A stretch of 64,000 nucleotides of DNA, taken from NCBI GenBank assembly GCA_965232515.1, contig CBDDPY010000002.1:992001-1056000 (forward strand), read 5' to 3'. Below, one piece after another: positions 39,068-49,442 of this stretch (its first letter is position 1; the number at the start of each line of letters is the position of its first letter). The DNA comes from Alphaproteobacteria bacterium. GTDB lineage: Bacteria; Pseudomonadota; Alphaproteobacteria; GCA-2731375. The notes under the pieces were generated by a model. It searched no databases, was not told the DNA's origin, and saw only the letters and a list, made by a program, of their open reading frames with translations. A program made the translations under genes and the position numbers.

Positions 39068-41860
39068 CTAATACTCCTGCCAGTCGCCGTCGGCCGGTTC
39101 GATGACAGTTGCCGCGGGGGCAGCGCTGCCGCCGACGGCGGCCACCTTGGTTTCCAGCGTCTTTTGCTGTTGATGAACCGGATTGCCGTCGGGCGTCGGC
39201 AGGGTCGGGGCAGAGGCCGCGTCGAGATCCAGCTCGTCCTCTTCCTTGCCGGTCTTGAAGAAGCGCACCAGCGTCTTCAGATCGTCGATCTGGCCAGTCA
39301 TCGAGTGCAGCGCCGCCGTGGTCTCCTCCACCAGGGCCGCGTTCTGCTGCGTCATCTCGTCCATGTTCGACACCGCCGTGCCGACCTCGTCGATGCCCGA
39401 GGCCTGTTCCTTGCTGGCCGCGGCGATGTCCGAGATGATGTCCGCCACCTTCTTCACCGAGGTGACGATCTCTTCCAGGGACGTGCCGGCCTTCTGCACC
39501 AGACCGACGCCGTCGCGGACTTGGCTGTCCGAGTTGCCGATCAGCTCCTTGATCTCCTTCGAGGCCTTGCCCGAGCGCTGCGCCAGCGCCCGGACCTCGG
39601 TGGCGACAACGGCGAAGCCCTTGCCGGCTTCGCCGGCCCGCGCCGCCTCGACCGCCGCGTTCAAGGCCAAGAGGTTGGTCTGGAAGGCGATCTCGTCGAT
39701 CATGCCCATGATCTCGGTGATCTGCTTCGACGAGCTCTCGATCTTGCTCATGGCGTCCACCGCCGAGGCCACGACCTCGCCGCCGTTCGACGCCGCGTCG
39801 CGGGCCGCGACGGCAAGCTGGTTCGCCTGCTGAGCGTTGTCGGCGTTCTGGCGCACCGTGGCCGACAGCTCCTCCATCGAAGCCGCGGTCTCTTCCAGCG
39901 ACGAGGCCTGCTGCTCGGTGCGCGACGAGAGATCCCCGGCGCCCGACGCGATCTCCGACGTCGCGTCGCTGACCGTGCCGGTCGCGCCGACGATCCGCTT
40001 GGCGATGCCGCCGATCTTCTCGGCCATCTGGTTCGAGTCGTCCTTGAGCTTCAGGAAGGTGCCCCGATAGTCGCCTTCGATGCGCCGGGTCAGATCGCCC
40101 TGGGCCATGGCCGACATCACCGAGACCGTCTCGTTCAGGCCGCGGTCGACGGTGCCGACCAGCTCGTTCATGCCTTTCGCCAGCTCCAGCATGAAGCCCT
40201 GCTTGCCGGCTTCTTCCAGCCTAGTGCTGAAGTCGCCGGCGCCGGCCGCCTGCACCAGTTCAGCGATCTCGTGCTCAACCGCGAGCTGCGCCGTCACATC
40301 GGACCATTCCACCGAGGTGCCGACACGCTCGCCGCCCGGCCCGAACACCGGCGTCACTGTCAGGTCGAAAGTCAGGTCCGCGACCGTGATCCGGCCGTAA
40401 TGCGGCGCCGTCAGACCGTCCAACAGGTTGCGCTGATGTGACGGGTTCTTGTGGAACACGTCGATATCGGTGCCGACCAGGTTGTTCAGGTCGAACGCCG
40501 GCAACTCCTGACGAATCTCGCCCTCGCGGCCGCGGAACAACTCGACCAGCGCCTTGTTGATATAGACGATGTTGTAGTCGGCGTCCGCGATCATGAAATT
40601 GGTCGACGTGCCGTCTATGGTCGCCTTGGCCCGCGCCATCTCCTCTTCCGTCGCCAGCTTCTCGGTGATGTCGGTCCATTGAACCGAGGTGGCGATACGC
40701 TCGCCCTTGTCGTTGAAGGCCGGCGTCACGATCAGATCGAAGACCACGCCGCCGATCGTGAGGCGGCTTTCGTGCGGTTGCCGCAGCCCGTCCAGGATGC
40801 CGCGCTGATGCGCCGGGTTCTCGTGGAACATGTCGATGTTGGCGCCGATCAGGTTCCTGGCATCGAGGTTCGGCAGATCCTGCCGCATCTCCGCCTCGCG
40901 CGCCTCGAACAGTTCCTGGGCCGATTGGTTCACGTAGACGATGTTGAAATCGGCATCGGCAATCATGAAGTTCGCCGATGCATTGTCCAACGCCGACTGC
41001 GCCCGCGCGGCTACAGCGCCCGTCTCTTGTATCTCGACCAAAGCTCGCGCCAGGCCGCCAATTTCATCCGCACGGTCTGCCGCAGGTAGGTGCAGAGAAC
41101 TGACACCCGCTTTCACGTCTTGCACATAGGAAGCCATGCGCGACAGTGGCTGCGTGACAAGACGAGTCGCCGCACTCGACACGGCGACAAGAACGATGCC
41201 GGCAAACAGAATTGCAATCATGATGACGTTGGTCAGTTCCTGACCGGCCGCCAACTGACCATCAATGGCCGTTGAAACCTCAAGAATGCCGCGAACATCG
41301 CCAAGCCGCCAATCGGCCTTTGGTGTATCGGGGTGGGAATTGTGACAGTCAACGCAGCCCTGCAACTGCATACGGTCGGCAATCGCGACGCGGACCGTTT
41401 CCTTCCCATCGACCGTTTCACGGCGGACGAAAGTCGTGTCTGGATTGCTATTGAGGTATTCCCACGCCTGTTGCTGGAAATCGTCCAACCGGCGATCGGT
41501 ACGGTTAGGAAATGGATAGGCGCTGTAGAGATTTATTGTCGTGTCCCGCTCTCGCAACAATCGACTCAGATCATGAATGAACGTCGCCGGCAGGGGGATG
41601 GCGTTCGGATCCGCGGCGTGATTGATGCTGGGCTTCAGGGCACCGCTTTTCTTCGCTTTGACAATCACGTTTTTGGTGTAGTAGCCGCGAATGGTCTTGA
41701 ACTGATTGACAGTTTCCGTCGCTGACAACGCGGCGGCGTCGGTGGCATTCGACGCGATAATCCGCGGAATGAGCAACCCGGCCGAAATCACCAGAATCAA
41801 TAAGGCGATTGGAGTTGGAAGTATAAGTTTCCAAGCTAGACGTCGAGAAAGAAATTTCAT
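39068..41860 (-). CDS. Chemoreceptor MCP5: periplasmic c-type heme (DUF3365/Tll0287-like) sensor plus shared core, DWQEY tail
   Basis: RGYYT, IPLPATFIHDL, LYS.YPFPNR, CVDCHNSHP, W.LGDVRG.LE; GGGG RBS before ATG 41860. Confidence 0.92.
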   Translation of the reverse strand: MKFLSRRLAWKLILPTPIALLILVISAGLLIPRIIASNATDAAALSATETVNQFKTIRGYYTKNVIVKAKKSGALKPSINHAADPNAIPLPATFIHDLSRLLRERDTTINLYSAYPFPNRTDRRLDDFQQQAWEYLNSNPDTTFVRRETVDGKETVRVAIADRMQLQGCVDCHNSHPDTPKADWRLGDVRGILEVSTAIDGQLAAGQELTNVIMIAILFAGIVLVAVSSAATRLVTQPLSRMASYVQDVKAGVSSLHLPAADRADEIGGLARALVEIQETGAVAARAQSALDNASANFMIADADFNIVYVNQSAQELFEAREAEMRQDLPNLDARNLIGANIDMFHENPAHQRGILDGLRQPHESRLTIGGVVFDLIVTPAFNDKGERIATSVQWTDITEKLATEEEMARAKATIDGTSTNFMIADADYNIVYINKALVELFRGREGEIRQELPAFDLNNLVGTDIDVFHKNPSHQRNLLDGLTAPHYGRITVADLTFDLTVTPVFGPGGERVGTSVEWSDVTAQLAVEHEIAELVQAAGAGDFSTRLEEAGKQGFMLELAKGMNELVGTVDRGLNETVSVMSAMAQGDLTRRIEGDYRGTFLKLKDDSNQMAEKIGGIAKRIVGATGTVSDATSEIASGAGDLSSRTEQQASSLEETAASMEELSATVRQNADNAQQANQLAVAARDAASNGGEVVASAVDAMSKIESSSKQITEIMGMIDEIAFQTNLLALNAAVEAARAGEAGKGFAVVATEVRALAQRSGKASKEIKELIGNSDSQVRDGVGLVQKAGTSLEEIVTSVKKVADIISDIAAASKEQASGIDEVGTAVSNMDEMTQQNAALVEETTAALHSMTGQIDDLKTLVRFFKTGKEEDELDLDAASAPTLPTPDGNPVHQQQKTLETKVAAVGGSAAPAATVIEPADGDWQEY

Positions 41861-42033
41861 AATGAAGACCCCCATGATTTCAAAAAACATTAGATATTTT
41901 TAATAAATAAAATACTAAATTAGATGACTACTTTGCTTGCATTTGTACTCATCTGCACCATAGAACTATTTATGAGTGCAATTTCTCTGGATTAAACAAT
42001 TTTTGATAACACCTCCTCGAAAGTAGAGTTGTC

Positions 42034-42070
42034 AGACAAAAGGGCCCGGCCGCATTGGCTGCAGCCGGGC
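42034..42070 (-). terminator. Intrinsic terminator after MCP6
   Basis: Minus strand GCCCGGCTGCA-GCCAA-TGCGGCCGGGC followed by CCTTTTG. Confidence 0.6.
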
Positions 42071-42102
42071 ATATGGGCTCCCAAGGGATTGGAAGAGGGG
42101 GG

Positions 42103-45100
42103 CTAGAACTCTTCCCACTCGTCGTCGGCCTGCTCGGCGACCGCCGCCGCAGCCGCGCCGCCGCCACCGCCGACCGCGGCCACATTCTTCGCCAGCGTCT
42201 GCTGCTGCTGATGCACCGGATTGCCATCTGATCCAGGGTCAGGGGCAGTATCCGGCTCCAGCTCTTCCTCTTTCTCGCCGGTCTTGAAGAAGCGCACCAG
42301 CGTCTTCAGATCGTCGATCTGGCCGGTCATCGAGTGCAGCGCCGCCGTGGTCTCCTCCACCAGGGCCGCGTTCTGCTGCGTCATCTCGTCCATGTTCGAC
42401 ACCGCCGTGCCGACCTCGTCGATGCCCGAAGCCTGCTCCTTGCTGGCCGCGGCGATGTCCGAGATGATGTCCGCCACCTTCTTCACCGAGGTGACGATCT
42501 CCTCCAGTGACGCGCCGGCCTTCTGCACCAGCCCGACGCCGTCGCGCACCTGGCTGTCCGAGTTGCTGATCAGCTCCTTGATCTCCTTCGAGGCCTTGCC
42601 CGAACGCTGCGCCAGCGCCCGGACCTCGGTGGCGACAACGGCGAAGCCCTTGCCGGCTTCGCCGGCCCGCGCCGCCTCGACCGCCGCGTTCAGCGCCAGC
42701 AGGTTGGTCTGGAAGGCGATCTCGTCGATCATGCCCATGATCTCGGTGATCTGCTTCGACGAGCTCTCGATCTTGCTCATGGCGTCCACCGCCGAGGCCA
42801 CGACCTGACCGCCGTTCGACGCCGCGTCGCGGGCGGCGACAGCCAGCTGATTGGCCTGCTGGGCGTTGTCGGCGTTCTGACGCACCGTCGCCGACAGCTC
42901 CTCCATCGAGGCCGCGGTCTCCTCCAGCGACGAGGCCTGCTGCTCGGTGCGCGACGAGAGATCCCCGGCGCCCGACGCGATCTCCGACGTCGCGTCGCTG
43001 ACCGTGCCGGTCGCGCCGACGATCCGCTTGGCGATGCCGCCGATCTTCTCGGCCATCTGGTTCGAGTCGTCCTTGAGCTTCAGGAAGGTGCCCCGATAGT
43101 CGCCTTCGATGCGCCGGGTCAGATCGCCCTGGGCCATGGCCGACATCACCGAGACCGTCTCGTTCAGGCCGCGGTCGACGGTGCCGACCAGCTCGTTCAT
43201 GCCTTTCGCCAGCTCCAGCATGAAGCCCTGCTTGCCGTCTTCCGCCAGCCGCCGGCTGAAGTCGCCCGCGCCGGCCGCCTGTACCAGATCCGCGACCTCG
43301 TCCTCGACGGCCAGTTGCGCCGTTACGTCGGTCCACTGTACCGAGGTGCCGACCCGCTCGCCGTTCGGCCCGAACACCGGCGTCACGATCAAGTCGAAGG
43401 TCAGACCCGCGACTTCGACCCGGCCATTGTGCGGTGCTCGCAACCCATTCAGCAGGTTGCGCTGGTGCGACGGGTTCTTGTGGAACACGTCGATGTTGGT
43501 GCCGATCAGGTTGTTCAGATCGAAGGCCGGCAGCTCCCTGCGGATGTCGCCCTCGCGGCCGCGGAACAGCTCGACCAGCGCCTTGTTGACATAGACGATG
43601 TTGTAGTCGGCGTCCGCGATCATGAAGTTGGCCGACGCCGCATCCAAGGTCGACTTGGCCCGCGCCATCTCCTCCTCGGCCGCCAGCTTGTCGGTGATGT
43701 CGGTCCATTGAACCGAGGTGGCGATACGCTCGCCCTTGTCGTTGAAGGCCGGCGTTACCACCAGATCGAAGGTCACGCCGCCGATCTTCAAACGGCTCAC
43801 ATGCGGGTTGCTCAGGCCGGCCAGGATGCCACGCTGATGCGTCGGGTTCTTGTGGAAGTCGTCGATATTGCTGCCGATCAGGTTCCTGGCGTCGAGATTC
43901 GGCAGATCCTGCCGTAACTCCGCCTCACGGCTTTCGAACAGCTCTTGTGCCGCCTTGTTCATGTAGACGATATTGTAGTCGGCGTCGGCGATCATGAAGT
44001 TGGCCGAGGCCGCGCCCAAAGCCGATTGGGACCGAACCGCTCGAACGCTGGTCTCCTGCAGCGAGATCAACGCGGTCGTCATGGCGCCGATTTCGTCGGC
44101 GCGCTCGGCCGGCGGCACGTCGAACTGCGTATCGCCCTCGGCCAGCCGCGTCATCGCATCGGTCACGGCGTTGATCGGCCGGGTCATGCTTCGCGCAAAC
44201 CACGCGCCGATACAGCCGATCACGACGACGATAGCGGTCGCGACCGCGACCAGGTAAATCAGCAGGTGATTCACCGGCGCCAGCACTTCGGCCTCATCGA
44301 TCTCGGCCATGATGGCCCAGGTCGTGCCGAGGAACTCCAGAGCGCCGTAGGCCGACAGGACGGGAATACCGCGGTAGTCCGGCGTCACCATCACGCCACT
44401 CTCGCCGTCCAAAGCCCGGCGCACCGTCTCGGTGTCGACCTCCACCTTAAGGATGGTCGATTCCTGGGCGAACCGGGAATCGCTTCGCATCAGCCGATCG
44501 CCGCCGACGATATAGGTCTCGCCGCTCTCGCCCATGCCGGCGGCGGTCTGCATCACCTTGTTCAGTCGGTCGATCGGCATCTGGAACACCAGCACGCCCC
44601 GCAGCCGGCCGTCCGCATCCAGGATCGACGACGAAATGAAGCTGGCGGCCGCGCCATGGCTCGGCGCATAGGGTTTGAAGTCAAAGAACTGGTGGCTGTC
44701 GCGTTTCGCCGCATCCCGGGCCGCGCGAAACGCGTTGCCCAGATCGGTTTCCCGCCATTTGCCGGTGTTCACATTGGTCGCGTAGTCCAGCTCCTTGAAG
44801 ACCGTGTAGACCAGGTTGCCGTCGGTATCGAACAGAAAGATGTCGTAGTAGCCCCGTTCGCGCAGAAACGTGCGCAGCCAGGGATGGTATTCGGCGTGCA
44901 CGGCGCTGTAGCGCGAGCCGTCCTCGGCATCGTCGAGGTTTTCCTTCTGGCCCGTCGGATGCGGATTATCGTCGATATAGGCCTTTTGCAGATACGCCGT
45001 CGGCGCCGGCAGCTGGCGCCAAGCCTCTGAAAACGCCTCGAGCGCGGTCAACGCCGTCGGGTTGCTCGACATCGTCCGAAGGTCCTGTCGGATCGATTCG

Positions 45101-45291
45101 AGATAACGCTCCAGATCGTCCTTTTTGGTCGCTTCGAGAGCCGCCAGTTTCTCCGACGCCGCCGCCAACAGGCTTTCCGACGACGTGGTGAAACTGACCA
45201 GTGAGGCAATTGCCGTCGACGCGAACGCCAGCAGCACCATGGTTGTCGTCAGCTTGGCCGCGATCTTGATGTCACGTATCGCGCTGAACAT
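42103..45291 (-). CDS. Chemoreceptor MCP6: large dCache-type sensor plus shared core, EWEEF tail
   Basis: YI..NP.P.GQK..L, GYYDIFL.D.DG..VYTV.KE.D.ATN, DF.PY.PS, GESGETYIVG.D.LMRSDSRF, DYRG..VLSAY; GGAGG RBS. Confidence 0.93.
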   Translation of the reverse strand: MFSAIRDIKIAAKLTTTMVLLAFASTAIASLVSFTTSSESLLAAASEKLAALEATKKDDLERYLESIRQDLRTMSSNPTALTALEAFSEAWRQLPAPTAYLQKAYIDDNPHPTGQKENLDDAEDGSRYSAVHAEYHPWLRTFLRERGYYDIFLFDTDGNLVYTVFKELDYATNVNTGKWRETDLGNAFRAARDAAKRDSHQFFDFKPYAPSHGAAASFISSSILDADGRLRGVLVFQMPIDRLNKVMQTAAGMGESGETYIVGGDRLMRSDSRFAQESTILKVEVDTETVRRALDGESGVMVTPDYRGIPVLSAYGALEFLGTTWAIMAEIDEAEVLAPVNHLLIYLVAVATAIVVVIGCIGAWFARSMTRPINAVTDAMTRLAEGDTQFDVPPAERADEIGAMTTALISLQETSVRAVRSQSALGAASANFMIADADYNIVYMNKAAQELFESREAELRQDLPNLDARNLIGSNIDDFHKNPTHQRGILAGLSNPHVSRLKIGGVTFDLVVTPAFNDKGERIATSVQWTDITDKLAAEEEMARAKSTLDAASANFMIADADYNIVYVNKALVELFRGREGDIRRELPAFDLNNLIGTNIDVFHKNPSHQRNLLNGLRAPHNGRVEVAGLTFDLIVTPVFGPNGERVGTSVQWTDVTAQLAVEDEVADLVQAAGAGDFSRRLAEDGKQGFMLELAKGMNELVGTVDRGLNETVSVMSAMAQGDLTRRIEGDYRGTFLKLKDDSNQMAEKIGGIAKRIVGATGTVSDATSEIASGAGDLSSRTEQQASSLEETAASMEELSATVRQNADNAQQANQLAVAARDAASNGGQVVASAVDAMSKIESSSKQITEIMGMIDEIAFQTNLLALNAAVEAARAGEAGKGFAVVATEVRALAQRSGKASKEIKELISNSDSQVRDGVGLVQKAGASLEEIVTSVKKVADIISDIAAASKEQASGIDEVGTAVSNMDEMTQQNAALVEETTAALHSMTGQIDDLKTLVRFFKTGEKEEELEPDTAPDPGSDGNPVHQQQQTLAKNVAAVGGGGGAAAAAVAEQADDEWEEF

Positions 45292-45619
45292 CCGTTGTTC
45301 CTCCAATCCTTCGCCTTGCCGCTCATGGTCGAGCCGGCAACCCCATCGGCGTCGTACCGGTGGTGATTTCAGTTATTGAGAATGTTGCGCGCCATCAGGC
45401 CGCATATGAGTGAAATTAATATTAAATTCTTCTAATTTAGAATCTTCTGCGGTAATCGCGCGAACCGGGCCCGCAAACGCCGGCAAAACGGTGACGGAAA
45501 CGCGGATATTTCGACAGAAATCGAAATATCCGAAAATGGCCATTTTCTGCGGAATCTTAAGCCTTGACGCCCCTGTGCATGGGGTTGTTCCCGCGTTTCC
45601 CGGGCGCGATACCCCCCCT

Positions 45620-47242
45620 TCAACCGCCCTTGATAAGGTCGGCGGCCTTCTCGGCGATCATGATCACGGCGGCATTGGTGTTGGCCGAAACCAGCGTCGG
45701 CATAACAGACGCGTCGACCACCCGCAGGCCGTCGAGGCCGTGCACGCGCAGCCGGTCGTCGACCACGGCCAGGGGGTCGCGGCCCATCTTGCAGGTGCCG
45801 ACGGCGTGGTAGACGGTCGAACCGTTGCGGCGGGCATAGTCCAGCCAGTCGGCGTCGCTCTGCACCTCGTCGCCCGGCAGGATCTCGGCCACCCGGTAGC
45901 CGTCGAATGCGGGCGCCTGGCAGAACCGGCGGGCGAGCTTCAGGCCAGCGACCATGGTCTCGCGATCGGACGGGACGCTCAGATAGCCCGGCCGGATCGC
46001 CGGCGGTGTCGCCGGGTCGGCCGACACGATCGTGACGCTGCCGCGGCTGTCCGGCCGGTGCAGCCAGCAGCCGCAGGACATGCCGGGGAAGGGGTCGAGG
46101 CCGCCGGCGATCCCGCCCTCGAAGCTCGCCGGCATGAAGACGTATTGCAGGTCCGGGCTCTCGAGCTCGGGCCGCGAGCGTACCGAGGCGCCGACATGGG
46201 CGACGCTGAGCGCCAGCAGGCCGCGTCGGAAAACCGCGTATTTCGCCAGCTCGCCGAGGAACCGCAGGCCGCGGCTGCGCTCGTTCAGCGTCACCACGTT
46301 CCGCAGCCGGTAGGAGACCCGGGCGACGTAGTGATCCTGGAAGTTGCTGCCGACGCCCGCCAATGCGTGCCGGACCGGGATGCCCAGGTCGGCCAGCAGA
46401 TCCGGCGAACCGATGCCCGAGAGCTGCAGGAGCTGCGGCGAGTTCACCGCGCCGCCCGCGACGATGACTTCGCGGCCGGCCCGGGCGCGCAGGCTGCGGC
46501 CAGCCGCCTGGTAGACGACGCCGGTCGCCCGCCGCCCGTCGAGCGTGATCCGGGTCGTCAGCGCCCGGGTGACGACGCGCAGGTTGGCGCGCCGGCGCGC
46601 GGGCTTCAGGAATGCGGTCGCCGTGCTGCTGCGCCGGCCGTTCGCCATGCATTGCTGGAAGTAACCGACGCCGGCCTGATCGGCGCCGTTATAGTCAGGG
46701 TTCCGCGGCACGCCATGATGCTCAGCCGCGGCGATGAAAGCGTCGCTGATCGCATGCCGCTCGCGGATGTCGGCGACCTGCAGCGGCCCGCCCGCGCCAT
46801 GGAAGGCGTCGCCGCCGCCCTCGCGGTTCTCCGATTTCTTGAAGTAGGGCAGGACCTCGTCATACGACCAGCCGCGGTTGCCGAGCTGTGCCCAGTGGTC
46901 GAAGTCCTGCCGCTGGCCACGCACGTAAAGGTGGCCGTTGATCGAGCTGGAGCCGCCCAGCACCTTGCCGCGCGGAAAGTGGATGGCGCGGTTGCCCGAT
47001 TCGGGTTCCGGTTCGGTGGCGTAGCACCAGTTCACGCGGGCGTCGTCCAGTGTCTTGGTGAAGCCGGCCGGGATGTGAATGAACGGATTGCGGTCCGGAC
47101 CGCCGGCTTCCAACAGCAGCACCGTCGTCTCCGGATCTTCGCTCAACCGGTTGGCCAGCACGCATCCGGCGGAGCCGGCGCCGACGATAATGTAGTCGTA
47201 GGTCTCGGCGGCCGGAACGCCGCCGTTGGTATCCGCTGCCAT
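45620..47242 (-). CDS. GMC family oxidoreductase (choline dehydrogenase-like)
   Basis: [45 protein letters not shown]. Confidence 0.92.
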   Translation of the reverse strand: MAADTNGGVPAAETYDYIIVGAGSAGCVLANRLSEDPETTVLLLEAGGPDRNPFIHIPAGFTKTLDDARVNWCYATEPEPESGNRAIHFPRGKVLGGSSSINGHLYVRGQRQDFDHWAQLGNRGWSYDEVLPYFKKSENREGGGDAFHGAGGPLQVADIRERHAISDAFIAAAEHHGVPRNPDYNGADQAGVGYFQQCMANGRRSSTATAFLKPARRRANLRVVTRALTTRITLDGRRATGVVYQAAGRSLRARAGREVIVAGGAVNSPQLLQLSGIGSPDLLADLGIPVRHALAGVGSNFQDHYVARVSYRLRNVVTLNERSRGLRFLGELAKYAVFRRGLLALSVAHVGASVRSRPELESPDLQYVFMPASFEGGIAGGLDPFPGMSCGCWLHRPDSRGSVTIVSADPATPPAIRPGYLSVPSDRETMVAGLKLARRFCQAPAFDGYRVAEILPGDEVQSDADWLDYARRNGSTVYHAVGTCKMGRDPLAVVDDRLRVHGLDGLRVVDASVMPTLVSANTNAAVIMIAEKAADLIKGG

Positions 47243-47304
47243 GTGCCTATCCTAGCGCCTCCCACACTCGCGACGCGCGCGCGCAATTGCTATTCTCCGG
47301 CGCC

Positions 47305-47727
47305 ATGGCAAGACAACCGAATTCGACGATCAGGCACCGCCAACGGCCGGTGCTGCTGGTCCGCGACAGCGCCGGCGCCCGCCTGTCCGCGGCCCGCGGG
47401 CTCGCCCGCCGACAAGGCCGGCCGCTGCATCGCGTCGATCTGTCCGCCGCCGGCGACAGCGGCGAGACCGAGAGGATGCTCGATCGCGCCTTCAAGGCGG
47501 CGGCCAATCGGTCGGCGGTGCTGTTCTTCGACGAAGCCGACGCGCTGTTCGGCAAGCGCACCGAGGTGCGCGACTCCCACGACCGCTACGCCAACCTTGA
47601 AGTCGGCTATCTGCTGCAACGGCTCGAGGCCCATCGTGGCATCGTCATCATCGGCGCCAACCGCCGCCAGCACATCGACGACGCGCTGCTGAAACGCTGC
47701 CGCGCAAGCCTGAGGCACGCGGGATGA
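47305..47727 (+). CDS. Truncated AAA+ domain lacking Walker A (resembles eCIS Afp15-type ATPase); possibly a pseudogene
   Basis: VLFFDEADALFGKRTEVRDSHDRYAN.EV.YLLQRLE; no GxxGxGKT. Confidence 0.65.
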   Translation: MARQPNSTIRHRQRPVLLVRDSAGARLSAARGLARRQGRPLHRVDLSAAGDSGETERMLDRAFKAAANRSAVLFFDEADALFGKRTEVRDSHDRYANLEVGYLLQRLEAHRGIVIIGANRRQHIDDALLKRCRASLRHAG

Positions 47728-47972
47728 GCGATTTCGTGCTGGTCTGGGTGCTGTCCTCGATCGCCATTCTGGTCGCGATCTACCTCATCCGGTCGATACG
47801 CTTCCGCCGCCCGGCGCGGGCATCAGAGATGCATCTGCGCGGCACGCTGGTGTTCTGCGCCGTGTTCGGCGCCATTCCGGCCTTCCTTTACGACACCCAG
47901 TCGCCGCCGCCTGTGGACCTGCCCGAAACGCTGCAGAGCCGGCCGGCGCTGCCGGAAACGACCGGCAACTGA
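47724..47972 (+). CDS. Small two-TM membrane protein
   Basis: Two hydrophobic segments; ATGA overlap with the AAA fragment. Confidence 0.6.
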   Translation: MSDFVLVWVLSSIAILVAIYLIRSIRFRRPARASEMHLRGTLVFCAVFGAIPAFLYDTQSPPPVDLPETLQSRPALPETTGN

Positions 47973-48000
47973 CGGTCGCCGATCTCCGCCAGCCGGCGTC

Positions 48001-49176
48001 TCATCCGGCTGCGTGAAAGCGCTTGAAGCCGGCCTCCAGGTCGGCGATCAGATCCTCGACATCTTCCAGGCCGGCATGGAACCGCAGGGTCGGCCCCTCA
48101 TAGGGCCAGGGCTTGGCGCTGCGGAAATTATTCGGCTGCGTGACCAGGACCAGGCTCTCATAGCCGCCCCAAGAGGCCCCCATTCCGTACAGCTCAAGAT
48201 CGTCGACGAGCGCCGCGACCTGGGCATCGGCGCAGGGTTTCAGCGTCACGCCAAACAGACCCGAGGCGCCCAGGAAGTCACGCTTCCACAACGCGTGGCC
48301 CGGGTCGTCGGGCAGGGCGGGGTGCATGACGCACTCGACCTCCGGCCGGCCGCGGAACCACTCGGCCAGCGCCAGCCCCTGCTTCATGTGCTGCCGCAGG
48401 CGCACGCCGATGGTGCGCAGCCCGCGCTGGGCCAGATAGATGTCGTCGGGACCGGCGGTCTGTCCCAGCTCGCGGGTGGTCGGCTCGAGCTGCGGCCAGA
48501 CCTCCTTGGTGGCCGTCACGGTGCCCAGCATCACATCCGAATGTCCGACGATGTATTTCGTCGCGGCCTGGATCGAGACATCGACGCCATGCTCGAACGG
48601 CTTGTAGAACAGCGGCGAGGCCCAGGTATTGTCCATCATAACTATGGCGCCGGCGGCGTGCGCGACCTCGGCAATGGCCGGGATGTCCTGCACCTCGAAC
48701 GTGAGCGACCCCGGACTCTCGACATAGACCAGCCGCGTATTGTCGCGGATCAGATCCTTGATCCCGGCATTGATGAGCGGATCGTAGTAGGTGGTCTCGA
48801 CACCGAACCGGGCCAGGATGCCGTTGCAGAACTTGTGCGTCGGCCCGTAAGCGTTGTCCGTGACCAGCACGTGATCGCCGGCCTTGAGGAAGGCCATCAT
48901 GGCGCAGGCAATGGCGGCCAGGCCCGAGGGATAGACAAGACATCGGTGGCCACCCTCAAGCGCCGCGACCGCATCCTCCAGCGCGTACGACGTGGGCGTA
49001 CCCCAACGCCCATAGACGACGGTGCGCTCTCCGTCGCTACGGGCCTGCTGGGCCGCGCGCAGGTCCGCGAGAGACCGGTGCAGCACCGTCGAGGCGTGAT
49101 AGACGGGAGGGTTAACGATGCCGAAGTTATCGTCTGGATGACGGCCGGCGACCACGATCTTGGTATCGTCTTTCAT
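48001..49176 (-). CDS. metC: Cystathionine beta-lyase
   Basis: VNPPVYHASTV, ESPGSLTFEVQD, DNTWASP, ATKYI.GHSD PLP motif; divergent from aapJ. Confidence 0.93.
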   Translation of the reverse strand: MKDDTKIVVAGRHPDDNFGIVNPPVYHASTVLHRSLADLRAAQQARSDGERTVVYGRWGTPTSYALEDAVAALEGGHRCLVYPSGLAAIACAMMAFLKAGDHVLVTDNAYGPTHKFCNGILARFGVETTYYDPLINAGIKDLIRDNTRLVYVESPGSLTFEVQDIPAIAEVAHAAGAIVMMDNTWASPLFYKPFEHGVDVSIQAATKYIVGHSDVMLGTVTATKEVWPQLEPTTRELGQTAGPDDIYLAQRGLRTIGVRLRQHMKQGLALAEWFRGRPEVECVMHPALPDDPGHALWKRDFLGASGLFGVTLKPCADAQVAALVDDLELYGMGASWGGYESLVLVTQPNNFRSAKPWPYEGPTLRFHAGLEDVEDLIADLEAGFKRFHAAG

Positions 49177-49442
49177 ACGGTTCTCAACGCTTGCGGGTTT
49201 TCAAGAAAGATACGGCGGGTGAGCCGCATAATGGCATCGGCCCGCGGTCGACACCAGGGCCGCCGCCGTTGCATCGGCGGGCGGATTTTGTTGCAATGCA
49301 GCAAGCATCCGGTTTCTTGTGAGCCCTTGACGAGGTGTGATAGTTTCGTGAACACATGGCTTGCATTAGACGCTTCTGGTGCAACGATAAGAAATCTGCG
49401 CAAATGTGCAGGAACAGGAACTAGAACAGGGAAGGTTCTTAG

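Noticed and set aside
45465-45505. Possible c-di-GMP-I riboswitch (GCAAA/GGCAAA/GGAAA words)
   Set aside because: Wrong strand for MCP6, and the P1/P2 pairing could not be built.
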